Origin: Octopus sinensis
Lineage: Eukaryota
Length of the DNA: 64,000 bases
Assembly (NCBI RefSeq): GCF_006345805.1
Contig: NC_043001.1
Location: 87,792,001-87,856,000 of the forward strand
Direction: 5' to 3'
Shown: in pieces, positions 13,201-24,330 of the stretch
Position numbering within the stretch: position 1 is the first letter of the stretch
Layout: each line of letters starts with the position of its first letter
Translations under genes and position numbers: made by a program
Notes under the pieces: model-generated
The model's input: only the letters and a program-made list of their open reading frames with translations
Database searches by the model: none
What the model was told of the DNA's origin: nothing

Positions 13201-14379
13201 GGAGTTCGTCGTCGTCTCTTTGAGAGCACCGGGAGAAGCACACCAACACGGGATAGAACATCAAGTTTACATAGCATCAATTCGTTATCACCAGTGCCAT
13301 CATTTCGTGATCATCGTGTTTCGAGCCCTGAGCAAAGCTCATCGCCACGATATTCGTTACTAAGACCACTTCGCAGCACTTCAGAGGAATATAGTGCACG
13401 TCACTCTCAAACGACAGATTCAAGTTCTGATACTGAACAATTTGAACATCTAGTATGTCATGACTCAACACAGGTCTTTGACACTTTGAGACAAATATTT
13501 GACGATGATTTGGCTGCATTTGGAGATGAATATATTCCACGGCCAGAGAGTGATTCCTCAAGTGGTTCATGTTTTGCAGATTATGTCGGTCAACTTAATC
13601 CTCTCTCAGCGGATGAAATACAATCTCATTTCTTAAATATGGTGTGGCATACAGCATTTTATCAGCGAAATGCTCTAAGCCAGAGATTTTCGGCAATTAG
13701 GCCTGAAATGCCATTAGTTGATCAATGTCTATTTCAACAAGCAACAGAGGAATCTGATGTCTCGAGATGGAGTTATGAATCTTCGAGCGATGAGCCAAGC
13801 GCATCATCAGGATATACGGCTAGTCCCTTTGAGAGCACCGGGAGAAGCGCACCAACACGAGATAGAACATCAAGTTTACGTAGCATCAATTCGTTATCAC
13901 CAGTGCCATCATTTCGTGATCATCGTATTTCGAGCCCTGAGCAAAGCTCATCGCCACGATATTCGTTACCAAGACCACTTCGCAGCACTTCAGAGAAATA
14001 TAGTGCACGTCACTCTCAAACGACAGGTACAAGTTCTGATACTGAACAATTTGAACATCTAGAATCGCATGACTCAACACAGGACTTTTACACTTTGAGA
14101 CAATTATTTGACGATGATTTGGTTGCATTAGGAGATGAATATATTCCACGGTCAGAGAGTGATTCCTCAAGTGGTTCATGTTTTGCAGATTATGTCGGTC
14201 AACTTAATCCTCTCTCAGCGGATGAAATACAACCTCATTTCTTAAACAGGGTGTGGCATACAGCATTTCATCAGCGAAATGCTCTAAGCCAGAGATCTTC
14301 GGCAATTAAACCTGAAATGCCATTAGTTGATCAATGTCTATTTCAACAACAAGTAATACCGCCCGTTGCACGGGACTGA
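10213..14379 (+). CDS. Repeat-protein family member B (1388-aa ORF; 7 x ~114-aa plus 2 x 203-aa internal repeats), function unknown
   Basis: Long uninterrupted single-exon ORF. Repeat spacings are 342, 324, 342, 342, 378 and 342 bp, followed by a 609-bp duplication. It is homologous to the ORFs at 25206 and 35733. Confidence 0.75.
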   Translation: MSPYRSRHSLPRWSRSMPSFRDDLYRTYPLSLATSRKLAPIFLHNLTYQGYSTAYTTPSPHGLQRLSEQKVSPLVTWDPDTSRQSRDIWRYGPSTASRHTARRVHSTSTLPTEKTEFRHTRIESFRNSTPQRHGTSSLRIRSPSTSEPPFHDSHISSSEQSSGSRYSLTIHLGNSSEEYRARDLHSTDTISDLGEFEHLVSPDSSRGTSDSDDYFTAFGEDAHNPDSSSGSCFSDYIGEMEHLSENEIRSHLLNRVWDSAFYRQYSRSQRVSRIRPEMPNVGQCVFEQQISPDATRDADTTPDTDATGEPDVTRDPDASRQTRDSDDNLASFGKDARSLDSSSGSCFSDYIGEMEHLSADEIRSHPLNRVWDRAFYPRNPPNNRVSRIIPEMPNVEQCVFEQQLSPYATRDPETTRDTDAALDSDTFRRTRDSDDYLAAFGEDAHNPDSSRGSCFSDYIGEMEPLSANEIRSHPLSRLWDRAIYRRYPRSQRVSRIRPEMPNVEQCVFEQQISPDAMRDADTRRDRDTTRDPDAVSDPDTSRRTRDSDDYLAAFGEDAHSPDSSSGSCFSDYIGEMEALSANEIRSHPLSRLWDRAFYRRYPPGQRVPRIRPEMPNVGQCVFEQQISPDATRDADTTRDNDGTRDPDATQDPDTSRRTRDSDEYLAAFGEDARSPDSSRGSCFSDFIDEMEHLSADEVRSHLLNRLWDRAFYRQYPRSQRVSRIRPEMPNVGQCVFEQQISPDATQDADTTRDADTTRDADTTRDRDITWEPNVARDSDTSRRTRDSDDCLTAFGEDAHSPDSSSGSCFSDYIGEMEALSADEIRSHPLSRLWDRAFYRQYPPGQRVPRIRPEMPNVEQCVFEQQISPDATLDADTTPDTDGTRDPDATQDPDTSRRTRDSDKYLASFGEGAHNRDSSSGSCFSDYIGEMEHLSADEVRSHPLSRLWDRAFYHQYPRGQRVPRIRPEMPNVEQCVFEQQVIPLVARDSDISRERRTGVRRRLFESTGRSTPTRDRTSSLHSINSLSPVPSFRDHRVSSPEQSSSPRYSLLRPLRSTSEEYSARHSQTTDSSSDTEQFEHLVCHDSTQVFDTLRQIFDDDLAAFGDEYIPRPESDSSSGSCFADYVGQLNPLSADEIQSHFLNMVWHTAFYQRNALSQRFSAIRPEMPLVDQCLFQQATEESDVSRWSYESSSDEPSASSGYTASPFESTGRSAPTRDRTSSLRSINSLSPVPSFRDHRISSPEQSSSPRYSLPRPLRSTSEKYSARHSQTTGTSSDTEQFEHLESHDSTQDFYTLRQLFDDDLVALGDEYIPRSESDSSSGSCFADYVGQLNPLSADEIQPHFLNRVWHTAFHQRNALSQRSSAIKPEMPLVDQCLFQQQVIPPVARD

Positions 14380-14489
14380 TATCTCGAGACGGTGTTGTGA
14401 TGCTTTGAGCCATGAGCCAAGTCCACCATCAGGATATAGGGCGATAAGTTTTCAAAGCATCAGTACGATCATTGAGGAAAGGTTATTTG

Positions 14490-14539
14490 AATAAAATGAA
14501 CATTTTCAATTAAATATAACTGAAAAAGATATATTGTAT
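14490..14539 (+). terminator. Candidate polyadenylation signal and conserved 3' element, copy B
   Basis: AATAAA at 14490-14495 and TATATTGTAT at 14530-14539; the same arrangement follows copies C and D. Confidence 0.5.
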
Positions 14540-14740
14540 TTTAATATGAAAAAATGCACAACTTCTGAAATTATCTCCATATAACAATGGCCGATACAAC
14601 ATTATATAGGAAGAGAAGGGACCATAAAATAGAGAAAGAGAGCGAGATAGAGAAAGAGATAATGAAAGTTAATATGGGAGGTGCGCGATGCTTACACTTA
14701 CAAGACTTAGTTGTAATAGTCAACAATGAGTCAAGGTACA

Positions 14741-14774
<34 letters not shown>

Positions 14775-15074
14775 TCACTGGCTCTCTCTCACACACACAC
14801 ACACACATTCACTGGCTCTCTCTCTCACACACACAAACACACGATTACAGTTAGACAGGAAGAATCTTAGGGACAGAAAAGAAAACGAGGAGGGGCTGTA
14901 AATAACAGACAAGTTAAGGGTGGAGTTATACAAATGAGAAATTTGTTTTATCTAATTCTATTTTCGGATAATAAATAATATCTTTTGAAAATTGTAATTG
15001 ATTTCTTCATTTAGTATAAGTACTAAGAGATTTCATAAAAGTTAGATTATAATTTTACATACAAATTAACGATA

Positions 15075-15115
15075 ACTAGCACTGTGACCCGGCAACGCCG
15101 GGTCATAGTGCTAGT
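15075..15115. mobile_element. Helitron-like terminal hairpin
   Basis: ACTAGCACTGTGACCCGGC-AAC-GCCGGGTCATAGTGCTAGT: a 19-bp stem (one G-T pair) ending in CTAGT. A similar end occurs at 17161-17191. Confidence 0.5.
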
Positions 15116-15425
15116 GCATGCATATACAGCTGCGTGCGTGCGCACATACACGCGAGTACTGTCCAAATCTCCGACCAATCACATACAGCTACCTGGAATT
15201 CAATTGGCGTATCAAGTTTCGAGCATTTTGATTGGGTTTTGGATAGAAAACTCACAAAAAAGTGACTTCTATTGATTTTTTAATGGCTTTGTGGGGTGAC
15301 TGGGGAAATGTAAAGATGTGCACGACCACCCTTGGACGGTTTTGAATGACCATAGAAAGTGCGAGCCCTCAACTGAAAAATTGTGGATTTGTATAAAGGA
15401 CATAGATACAGACATTTTGCCGTTG

Positions 15426-15655
15426 GAACTCAGAACGTAACGGCAGACGAAATACGGCTGGGCGAAATGCGTAGCCGTATTTCGTCTGCCGTTACGTTCT
15501 GAGTTCAAATTCCGCCGAGGTCGACTTTGCCTTTCATCCTTCCGGGGTCGATAAATTAAGTACCAGTTCACTGGGGTCGATGTAATCGACTTAATCCGTT
15601 TGTTTGTCCTTGTTTGTCCTCTCTGTGTTCAGCCCCTTGTGGGTAGTAAAGAAAT
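15426..15655 (+). mobile_element. tRNA-derived SINE with inverted 5' end
   Basis: The body matches SINE 31274-31504. 15426-15459 is the exact reverse complement of 15473-15506. Confidence 0.85.
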
Positions 15656-16125
15656 ATATATACATAGAGATGAAAATGATAATTTTTTTACCAATGCTCC
15701 AGGCATTCAACTTGAAAGAATCAACCTATTAAACGTCGATCTAGCGAATATTGCGATAACTAACAAGGTGCTAGCTATCAGAATCGTTACCGCACCGGAC
15801 AAAATACTTAAGGACATTTCGTTCGTCTTTATGTTCAAATTCCGCCGACGTCAACTTTTTCATTTTATCCTTTCGAGCAGAGAAAATAAGGACTAATCTA
15901 GTTTTGAGATCGACCCGCTCCGCTGAAATTGCTGGCCTCGTACCAAACTTTGAAGCCAATACTGTAACAATCAACTATCTTTTTAGTTTTTGCTTTAACT
16001 TCAAAACCTCGGTACAATATTAACTGCAGTTCAGTAAATCTGGATGAAATGAAGAGAATGGTGTTTGACAGAAAGTAAAATAAAAGTAAATGTATCACCA
16101 GACAATATTATTCACAATCATACAC

Positions 16126-16213
16126 AATCTACTATAGCCTCGGGCTGACCAAAGCCTTGCGAGTGGATTTGGTAGACAGAAACTGAAAGAAGTCCGTCGT
16201 ATATATGTATGTA

Positions 16214-16291
<78 letters not shown>

Positions 16292-16493
16292 GTTAATCCA
16301 AACAAGAAAGCACAAAAAAAACACAACAGCGCGAGGACGTGGAACAAATATAGTATTATTGGACGCTCAGGAAAGAAGGAAAGAAGGAGGGTTTAACGTT
16401 TCGAGCGGAGCTCTTCGTCGGAAACATAGGAGAAAGAAAGATCCAGAGAAGGGAAGACAGAGGAAAAAAAATCGCCAACGGTACACACGAGGT

Positions 16494-16574
<81 letters not shown>

Positions 16575-16772
16575 CTGTGTTTGTCCCCCAACATCGCTTG
16601 ACAACCGATGCTGGTGTATTTATGTCCCCGTAACTTAGCGGTTCGGCAAAAGAGACCGATTGAATAAATACTATGCTTACAAAGAATAAGTCCTGGGGTT
16701 GATTTACTCGACAAAAGGCGGTGCTCCAGCATGGCCTCAGTCAAATGACTGAAACAAGTAAAAGAGTATAAG
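16126..16772 (+). mobile_element. 5'-truncated tRNA-derived SINE with internal (TA)n, interrupted by a Penelope-like fragment (~16290-16495)
   Basis: ctactatagcctcgggctgaccaaagcc...gaaactgaaagaag, then (TA)n, an insert, (CA)n/(TA)n/(GT)n, then tgtttgtcccccaacatcgcttgacaaccgatg...aaacaagtaaaagag. Confidence 0.8.
16391..16425 (-). ncRNA. Minimal type I hammerhead ribozyme-like motif (Penelope-type)
   Basis: Minus strand: GUUU-CCGACGA-A-GAGC(UCC)GCUC-GAAA-CGU-U-AAAC. Stem I GUUU/AAAC, stem II GAGC/GCUC, palindromic stem III ACGU; core position U4 is C. Confidence 0.55.
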
Positions 16773-16819
16773 AGTAAAATCACTATCATTTCTAAATGAC
16801 ATTGATCAGACAAACATGA

Positions 16820-17191
16820 AGTATGGTGTTTCACCATTTATATTGACCTTCTCATGTATGAAGCCCAATATTATGAGGACTGGCCTCACCCCTTTATTCA
16901 TATCTTCGACAGGTACCTTCTATCAACAAAACATAGCCCTCACCGTCCATAACATAATTTCTAAAGTTTTAATGTATAAAGTCATGTGAAACGGTCAAAC
17001 AGACATGTAAATACTTTAAAAAGGCAAAAAAAAAGTTCTCAACGAAGTTTTTCACGAAAAGTTGCACAAATCTGTCCTGATCGAGAGGCCTATCTGTCGC
17101 GGAAGGTATGCTCTGACAAGGAATAAATAAAAATTTATATAAAACTGTCTATTATAAAAATTGCCTGGCAACGACGGGCTATTGATCTAGT
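16820..17191 (+). mobile_element. Non-autonomous Helitron-like fragment (3' end)
   Basis: Ends in gcctggcaacgacgggc (hairpin), 8 nt, then CTAG (17187-17190) and T. The left boundary is approximate. Confidence 0.45.
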
Positions 17192-17544
17192 GCATGTATA
17201 TATATATATATATAAGAAAATGGAAGAACAGATTCCTTTCAATCATCAACTTACAGATAATACCAATTCATATTATTTATTAACTACTTAAATAGGAACA
17301 TCCAAATCCAACAGAATAAAACAGCATAAAACAATATACATCTATAAGTAAGATAATGCCATAAAAATAATACATATAAAATGGATCTTACAGCTATTTC
17401 AGTCTGTAGATAAAGTCAGTCTGTAGATAAAGGTATCTCATTGTGCCTATATTAGTCATATGTATTGAGGTAATATGCACTTAAAAATGAGTTACTTATA
17501 TATATATATCCCAAGGCCTTGGCTATATACATATATATGTGCTG

Positions 17545-17870
17545 GGACCCCCTTCGGTCATGACTAACCATGGGATTGCACCTAGAAAGTTACCCTCCCA
17601 GGCACAAGTCCGGGCAAAGTTGTTTATGGAAGACCAGCAGTCACCCATGCATACCGGCCTCTCCTTTCCACGGCACCAGTGTTATCCAAGGGAAAGGCGA
17701 AGGCCGATACAGCTTGGTACCTGTGACGTCGCAACTCATTTCTACAGCTGAGTGAACTGAAGCAACGTGAAATAAAGTGCCTTGTTCAAAGAACACAACA
17801 CGCAGCCCAGTCCAGGATTCGAACTCACAATCTCACGATCGTAAGCTCGACGCTCTAACCACTGAGTCAT
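17545..17870 (-). mobile_element. tRNA-derived SINE (same family as 54235-54560)
   Basis: Minus strand has A/B-box head (ctcagtggttagagcg...gttcgaatcc), then tgtgttctttgaacaaggcactttatttcacgttgc and a shared body. Confidence 0.8.
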
Positions 17871-17914
17871 GATAATGATGGTGATGATGATGATGATATA
17901 TATGATGATGATGA

Positions 17915-17989
<75 letters not shown>

Positions 17990-17990
<1 letters not shown>

Positions 17991-20900
17991 AAAGGAAGGG
18001 AGGGGGCGATACAAAACAGACACCAAGTGTGGGGGTTTACATGCAATGAAAGGATTAGATATATAAATTTAAAAAGTCATAGAAAGAGGTTTAAGTATAC
18101 TTAAACCTCTTTCTATGAAAAGGAAGGGGAATATACATAGTATACAAAGCTTAAGAAAAGAAGGATATAGATGTAGTCCACCTGATACAGGATGACCTCT
18201 AGCGATAATCGAAGAACTCCACTGTCCAAGATCTCCCTGAACACCAAGGGCGAGTAACTTCTCCAATTCCTTTTTCCGATTCAGGTCTACACTTAGAGAG
18301 GTACCACCCACTCTTGCCATTTTTGCAACTTTGGATAAACTCACACGAGGACAGCAATTCCCTCTCCACCCTCAGTTTCCTTTTCCAATGAAACTTGAAG
18401 AAATCAATGAGAGTTCTACCAAAGAAGAATATATTTGTCCTCATGCCTTTCAGCCTCGTCCACCAGACAAACCTCTTTCGCCACAGACACCAGGCAAAGG
18501 AAAACTGCATTCGCTGCCCCATTAAAGGAAGGCAACGGGGCAGTCATCATTATGGACTTGGCCAACAGACGCATACGTTTCATACGTGACAACAGCTGTT
18601 AAACATAACCCCACGAGTCAGCAATACCCGGACACTGAATGAAAGCGTGTAGAACGGTTTCGTCACCCTGCTCGCACCTTGGACGATTCTGTATGACAGC
18701 ACATTTATGCCTATAGAGTTTATCTTGAACTGCATATTATCCATGATAGTTCCCGACCGGAAAGTCCTCATGATAGACTGGCCAGTTCATTTTCGTTTCC
18801 CCGAGAAAATCGTCGCACTTTCCCGCCACTAATCTTCTAAAATTTCTTAAGCGGAACATACCGACTGGTAGAGGACTGTGAGCGCCTGACGACATTCTAG
18901 GTGCCAGATGCCCAGTCTTGGTCTTTTCTTAATCCAGGACTGCAGCTCTGTTAAGGAGACAAGCTGCGGAAAGGCGAGCCTCTCAAACGGAATCCACACA
19001 CGTTCGCCGTCCAGAAACCGTTGCAGGTGGCGCAACCTAAGGGCGTGTCTGCGCGTTAGAAGCCACGGTATACCTAATCCACCACTCAGAAGGTGCTGAC
19101 AACAGACTGACCGCCTGACCATTGGAACGCGTCTCTTTCACAAAAATGTGAATAGAGACGCTCTAACCTGGTCAAATAGTAACCGAGGCAAGGCACGATG
19201 GTCAGACGATAAATGGTAATAGAAGCGATGTAGGCATTCGTCACTTCCGCCCGACATTTTAAGGACGGCTTCCTTTCAGCCCTATTCGTCAACGTTTTCG
19301 CTAGCACCTCTGTACATCCCCATTGTCGGGTCCTTCTTCAGCACTGTCACCACATCCGGCTAACAACACTAGGAATTCTCCTGTTCTGTTGCCAGTTGCG
19401 GTAGACGTCTGTCAAAAGGTCACCAAACAAATCTGGCATGAATACATAGAATTCAAAGGGCAGACCATCTAAACCTGGTTGTTTGCGACTAGTGCAATTG
19501 CTCATCGCTTCCCGATTTTCAGCGGCTGTTATCGGCTTTTCACATAACCTTGCATCCGCTGCCGAGAAGCGCAGCACGCCGTCCAGGTCCGAACTGAAGT
19601 CCGCTATTGTCGTCGATCTTTCGCCCTCCCCAAACAGCTGTGCAAAGTGCTGCTGGAATGTCGCACACATCTGCTCGGAGCTGAGTAGCACGCGCCTGCT
19701 GCAACCCGTCAAAGAGCTGATCGAAAGCTTTCGACTGATCTAAATTGATCAGGGCCTCACCGAAGCTTTAGTCTTTCTCTACGATGTAGCGCACAAAGCG
19801 GAGGTTGCCGTCGATAGACGTGCTCGAGATTTCACACATTTGTGCCTCCCCGACCTGACTGCTGATGACAAATGCCAACCTTTCCGCTAACACTTGGGCC
19901 AGAATCTTAAAATTTGTATTTAGTAGAGTTATGGATCGAAAATTCCCTGACACGTCCCCATTATGGGTGACCTTTCTCAGCAGCGTTATCACATCTCTGC
20001 AAACAGTACTAGGAGTTCTTCCATTCTGCTCCCAGTTATTGTAGACGGCTGCCAAACGAATCTGGCATAAATACATAGAATTCGCAGGGCAGACCATTCC
20101 AAACTGGGCGATTTGCGACTTGTGCATTTGTTCATCCCGCATTTCAGTGACTATAATCGGCGTCTGTTACCAAAATCCGTGATAGGCCGTCCGTTACCGT
20201 CGTCGACCCATCACCCTCCCAAACAGTCACGCAAAGTACTGCTGGAAAGCCGCACACATTTGCTCAGAACCGAGTAGCACGCACCCGTCTTTATCCATCA
20301 AAGACTTGATCATGGTTTTGTTTCTATTCAGGTCCATCGGACGGCCTTAGTTCCTTCGTGTTTTAGCACACGTGTATTAGCTCTGACAACGCACCCTTCG
20401 TGTTTCGCCTCAAAGAAATGGTCAAGTGCGATTCTTACCGCTAACATGTCGGTTGCAATAACATTTCTAATTGCCTCTTCTCGTTTGTTAACTAGTTCTC
20501 CCTCTAATCTAATTCTTTCTATTCGTAAATCTTTGCTAAACGCTATCGATTCAACTCTAATCGCTCTCTTCAGAGCGATCCACCACCGGTTGTTGACGAT
20601 TGTCCCCATCAACTACCGCTTAACTAGTTCGGTAATCCGGTCCCTGTTATCTTTGCAAGCCGGTAAGGAAGCATTCAACTTCCAGTAACCGGGTCTCTGT
20701 CTATGGGCCCTATCTGTATCAATTATGCATATTACAAATTTGTGATTCGTGTAGCCGACCAATTTACATAATGGAAAACCTATGTTATCCCTGTCCTCTG
20801 ACCTAACAAAGACTCTATCTAAATACTTTCTGGCACATCAGGGAAATCCAGTCAGTACCTGTCAGGAAGCTAGAAAGTCCTGAGCAGGTTTTCGTGGGTT

Positions 20901-21560
20901 TTACACCTTCTTTTCCCATGTACTAAGCCCACACAGTCCTTCCGTGCGTCCAATATACTATTCCAGTCACCCACTAGTACTAAAGTGTGAGACGTTCCAA
21001 GAATGTTTTCAGACGCCTGAAGAAATCTGGCCTTCCAGCTCCTGTTGGGGCATAAACCTCCACCAGTCTGAAAGTGCCATTCACGCTGCCATTCACGTCC
21101 AGGAATGCCCAACCATCCGGGTCCAGGAAGACAGCCGTACTTGGCTATCTAATGATTTCTGGAGTAGTACTGCTACACTGCCACACGCTCCCGATAGACC
21201 ACAAGATGAGGATACCTCGTAGTCCTCGAAGATAGATGCTGAAGCATGTTTCTGGAGATCCTTGTTTCACTAATGGTAGCTATGTCTAAATCTAGCGACC
21301 GGAGATCATTGAGTAAGTGACCTTGCTTCCAAGCTGAACGCAGTCGAGGATCTGGTCAGGTTACGCCGCTGACCTCGTGTCGCGTCGCCGCCGGCGCGGC
21401 GGACGGGCTAGTCGTCGCTTCCCGATCCGCCATAGGCGACGCGGCGTCACCGAAAGAGAGCGGTGCCGTCTGAACCCAGGCCACGCACATTCGCACACCC
21501 CATTCCAGGCACGGTCATGTTTGTCGGAGAAATAAAAAGAAGAGGTTACTCACCTTGATT
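17990..21560 (-). mobile_element. L1/Tx1-like LINE ORF2 (APE endonuclease, RT, C-terminal Zn region), degenerate and composite
   Basis: Minus frames: GCANVRGL (~21500), DLDIATISET, VLVGDWNSILD, PGYWKLNASL, PGLDGLPFEFY, FRSITLLNTNFKILAQVLAERL, RFVWWTRLKG. Many stops; the pre-RT segment is present twice. Confidence 0.85.
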
Positions 21561-22099
21561 TTCGATTTTCAGCAGATCCGGGCCTCTCTCCTCGCGAAAA
21601 TTTGTTAATAGCCTTTTATCAACTGATTTAAAAAAAAAATCCCTGCAGTACATGAGAATTTTTTTCATATAGTTTTAAAAACGTCTGACGATGTTTTAAT
21701 TAAAAGTCTGTACTTAGGGGTTTTGAAGATGAAATCCTCAAGTTCCTTTCCCTCTGCCTTTATTTTGTTTTTGCTTTCACTTACAAAATCCATCAATTCA
21801 TTGTTGAACTTGTTCACAACAGTGAAATTGATGGATACATTTCGTCTACAGTTTGATGAATATTGTTTTTGAAGTTATGTAATTGGGTGGTTCTGTGTTT
21901 TTGTGATTTCATGCTGTTGTTGATAATGTTACTGTTTTTGAAGTTGTTGGTCTTGTTCTTGTTTTTGTTGGAGGTGTGGTTTCTGTATATTTTTTGAGGT
22001 CTTGGAGTAGGGCTATGTACTCTCCTCCGAGGAAGAACTATTAAAGCTTATTGATGATATGGACAAGGAATTGGAAGGAAGAAAGAGGAAGTTTGCGGA

Positions 22100-23330
22100 C
22101 ATCGCCCGGATGACAATGTGGAGATAAATATAGGAAAATACAAAAAACTATCGGGACTGTTACAACGCACAAGTAACCCCCACCCGCAGGAAACAACAAA
22201 AATAATAAAAAGTAGAACGGTGATATACAAGACCTACTCGGTCAAAAAAGGTAAAATTGACCACATGGCAACGGAGCAAGTAGAGAAGGTGCTGAGGCCA
22301 GTCTGGCAAGAAATAACATACCTTGCCAGAGGGGCGAAATTTGGAGAAGTAGAAGTAAGATATAAAAATGAAAATACTGCAAAAAACAAAAAAAAAACAT
22401 GCGGCAACACCGCTAAGGGACGACGAATTAGTACTTCTATCCACGTATCTGGGACAGAGAGCGTCTCGGGTAAGGGTAGAAGGAATTCCATCGGAGATAG
22501 ACGTGGCCTGGATAGCGGCCGCTGTCTTGGCGGAAACCGAGGTCAAAATAACGGTGCTCCAGGCCATGAAAACGAAAAGCATAAATTGGAAAGGACAAAT
22601 TTTAAACATGATAATTCAAGGATCAAATGAGGCAATTGAAGAAATGGTGGAAACGGTAACGGTAAACGATACCGTAATGAATGTAAGGGTGGAGGGTAGA
22701 ATTCCTCGCTGTTTCTAGTGTGGCCAAAAGGGCTACATAAGGGCTACATAAGAGCGAAATGCTCTCCACCGGATAAAAGAGTGGAAGAATTACAGGAGGA
22801 GGACAATAGGGAAAAAACGCAAGAGAGGCCCCAGGAAGGACCAGAGGCGGAAGAATAGCAAAAAATGGGAAAAAGAAAGAGAAGGAAGAGGAAGAAAAGT
22901 CCGGTACACAAGGAACTTCACCCAATAACTACTCAAGGTCCACCCATATCCTCTTTGTCTCACCCTCGCCCTGCAGACACTAAGCCTTCCTATTCCCGTC
23001 CATCACAAAAACAAAAGACACACACACACACAATGAATCACAAATATCCTCTCCCTGTTTTGCATGTTTAATAGAGGATGATGATCTATTTGTAAAGGTA
23101 ATCAAATGGGAGAACACGGTTTTTGTTCATGTAGTGGATGAGGACGAAAATAACGAGATGGTGATATTATTAACAGAACGGCAAAAAGTAGAAATAGAGA
23201 GGCACAACGGGGATTGTGAACTGTGGAAGGTTGACTTGGACAAAGAAAGGCTTCCACGGAATATAGATTTCATAGAACTGAAAAAGAAGTTTTTCATAGA
23301 CATAAATGGGGAAGCCAATCACAACCTTCA
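22100..23330 (+). mobile_element. LINE ORF1-like (gag-type zinc knuckle) remnant
   Basis: Plus frames: VEGIPSEIDVAWIAAAV...VRVEGRIPRCF*CGQKG(Y)IRAKC, resembling CX2CX4HX4C, followed by a K/E-rich tract; frameshifted. Confidence 0.6.
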
Positions 23331-23716
23331 ACAAATTCACAAATTCAAAACAACATTCAACAACTCGGCAACTCAACAATACAGCAATTCAACAATTCCG
23401 CAATTCAACAAAGCAATAAATAACTCACACAAACTTCAGCAGTCGACTCTGAACTCTGAAATCACTCGGATCGTTACTATTTATACTTTACTCAGACCAG
23501 TCCATCTCTCGCAAAGGGGTGTCTTATCTTTCGTCACAACAGGTTATCATACCAGAAGCTTATATTTTGTCCACATTCTTCTCGTGGTTTGTCTAATCGT
23601 TGACGCGATCTAATTTAAAGGCTTACTAGCATATAACTGATGTTCGTGATCTTCCAGTTACCTCAACCTTTACAATTTTAAATCTAACGTGTGGTTTTTA
23701 CCTAGACACATTAGGT

Positions 23717-23988
23717 GAGTGGTTCCCATACATTCTCAGGTTGCAATCCCTTTTGCAGGCAGGCCGCATTCCTAGCGTCCTGCCCCACCCCCTACTCACC
23801 ACCACTTTCTGCATCAAATTCAAAACAACTGTATTTCACAAATATCACTTAACCTAATTAATCCATTATTTTTTTTATATACACTACTCCCCTTTAGCTA
23901 AACCATTATCGCTCCACTTTTTTTCAACGCTCTCTTGACTTTTCTACTGCCCACAAGGGGGCAGCACCGCCCACTTTTGGAACCAATG
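23717..23988. mobile_element. hAT MITE, paralogous to 5496-5776
   Basis: Same insertion site (cattaggt / cgttagat flanks) inside the duplicated block. Confidence 0.65.
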
Positions 23989-24266
23989 CGTTAGATGAAC
24001 TTTCGTTTCAAGCTTATTTATTTTTATGGGGTTGCAGATAATTTAACATTAAGGAAAAGGCTCAAGTTTATAGTTATCTTTCATTTGCTTTTCTTATCCT
24101 TCCTATAGTTAAGCAAATTTTATGCACTACAAATTTTATTCTCCCTTCAGACTTTTATTGCCTGTGCTTGCTTAAGAGTGGCTAAAGGTATGCAACTGTA
24201 TATTCATTGATGATTCTATCTTATATATATATAGTTTCTCATTCATGGCTACATAGACACACCCGC

Positions 24267-24330
<64 letters not shown>

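Larger units (their letters stand above)
5340..16110 (+). repeat. Segmental duplication unit around copy B (paralogous to ~23540-30985; 8365-10070 also paralogous to ~34165-35830)
   Basis: Collinear non-coding matches: 5340-6380 vs 23540-24450; 9255-10070 vs 24460-25310; 14520-14745 vs 29720-30010; 15680-16110 vs 30580-30985; 8365-9240 vs 34165-35080; 9640-10070 vs 35140-35830. Confidence 0.85.

Noticed and set aside
10469-14179. Many short overlapping antisense and alternate-frame ORFs inside copy B (and 26740-29550 inside copy C)
   Set aside because: They recur with the repeat period and are shadows of the main repetitive ORF; no independent start context or homology.
16132-16837. ORFs rich in YIYI, HTHT or CVCV (also near 14571, 17742, 32267, 33492, 37198, 39061, 40517, 45384, 49338)
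   Set aside because: Translations of (TA)n, (CA)n and (TATG)n microsatellites.
17810-17870. tRNA-like sequences (also 31274, 35319, 39360-39430, 49560, 54235)
   Set aside because: A/B boxes are followed by SINE bodies with no complete cloverleaf or acceptor stem; they are SINE heads, not tRNA genes.
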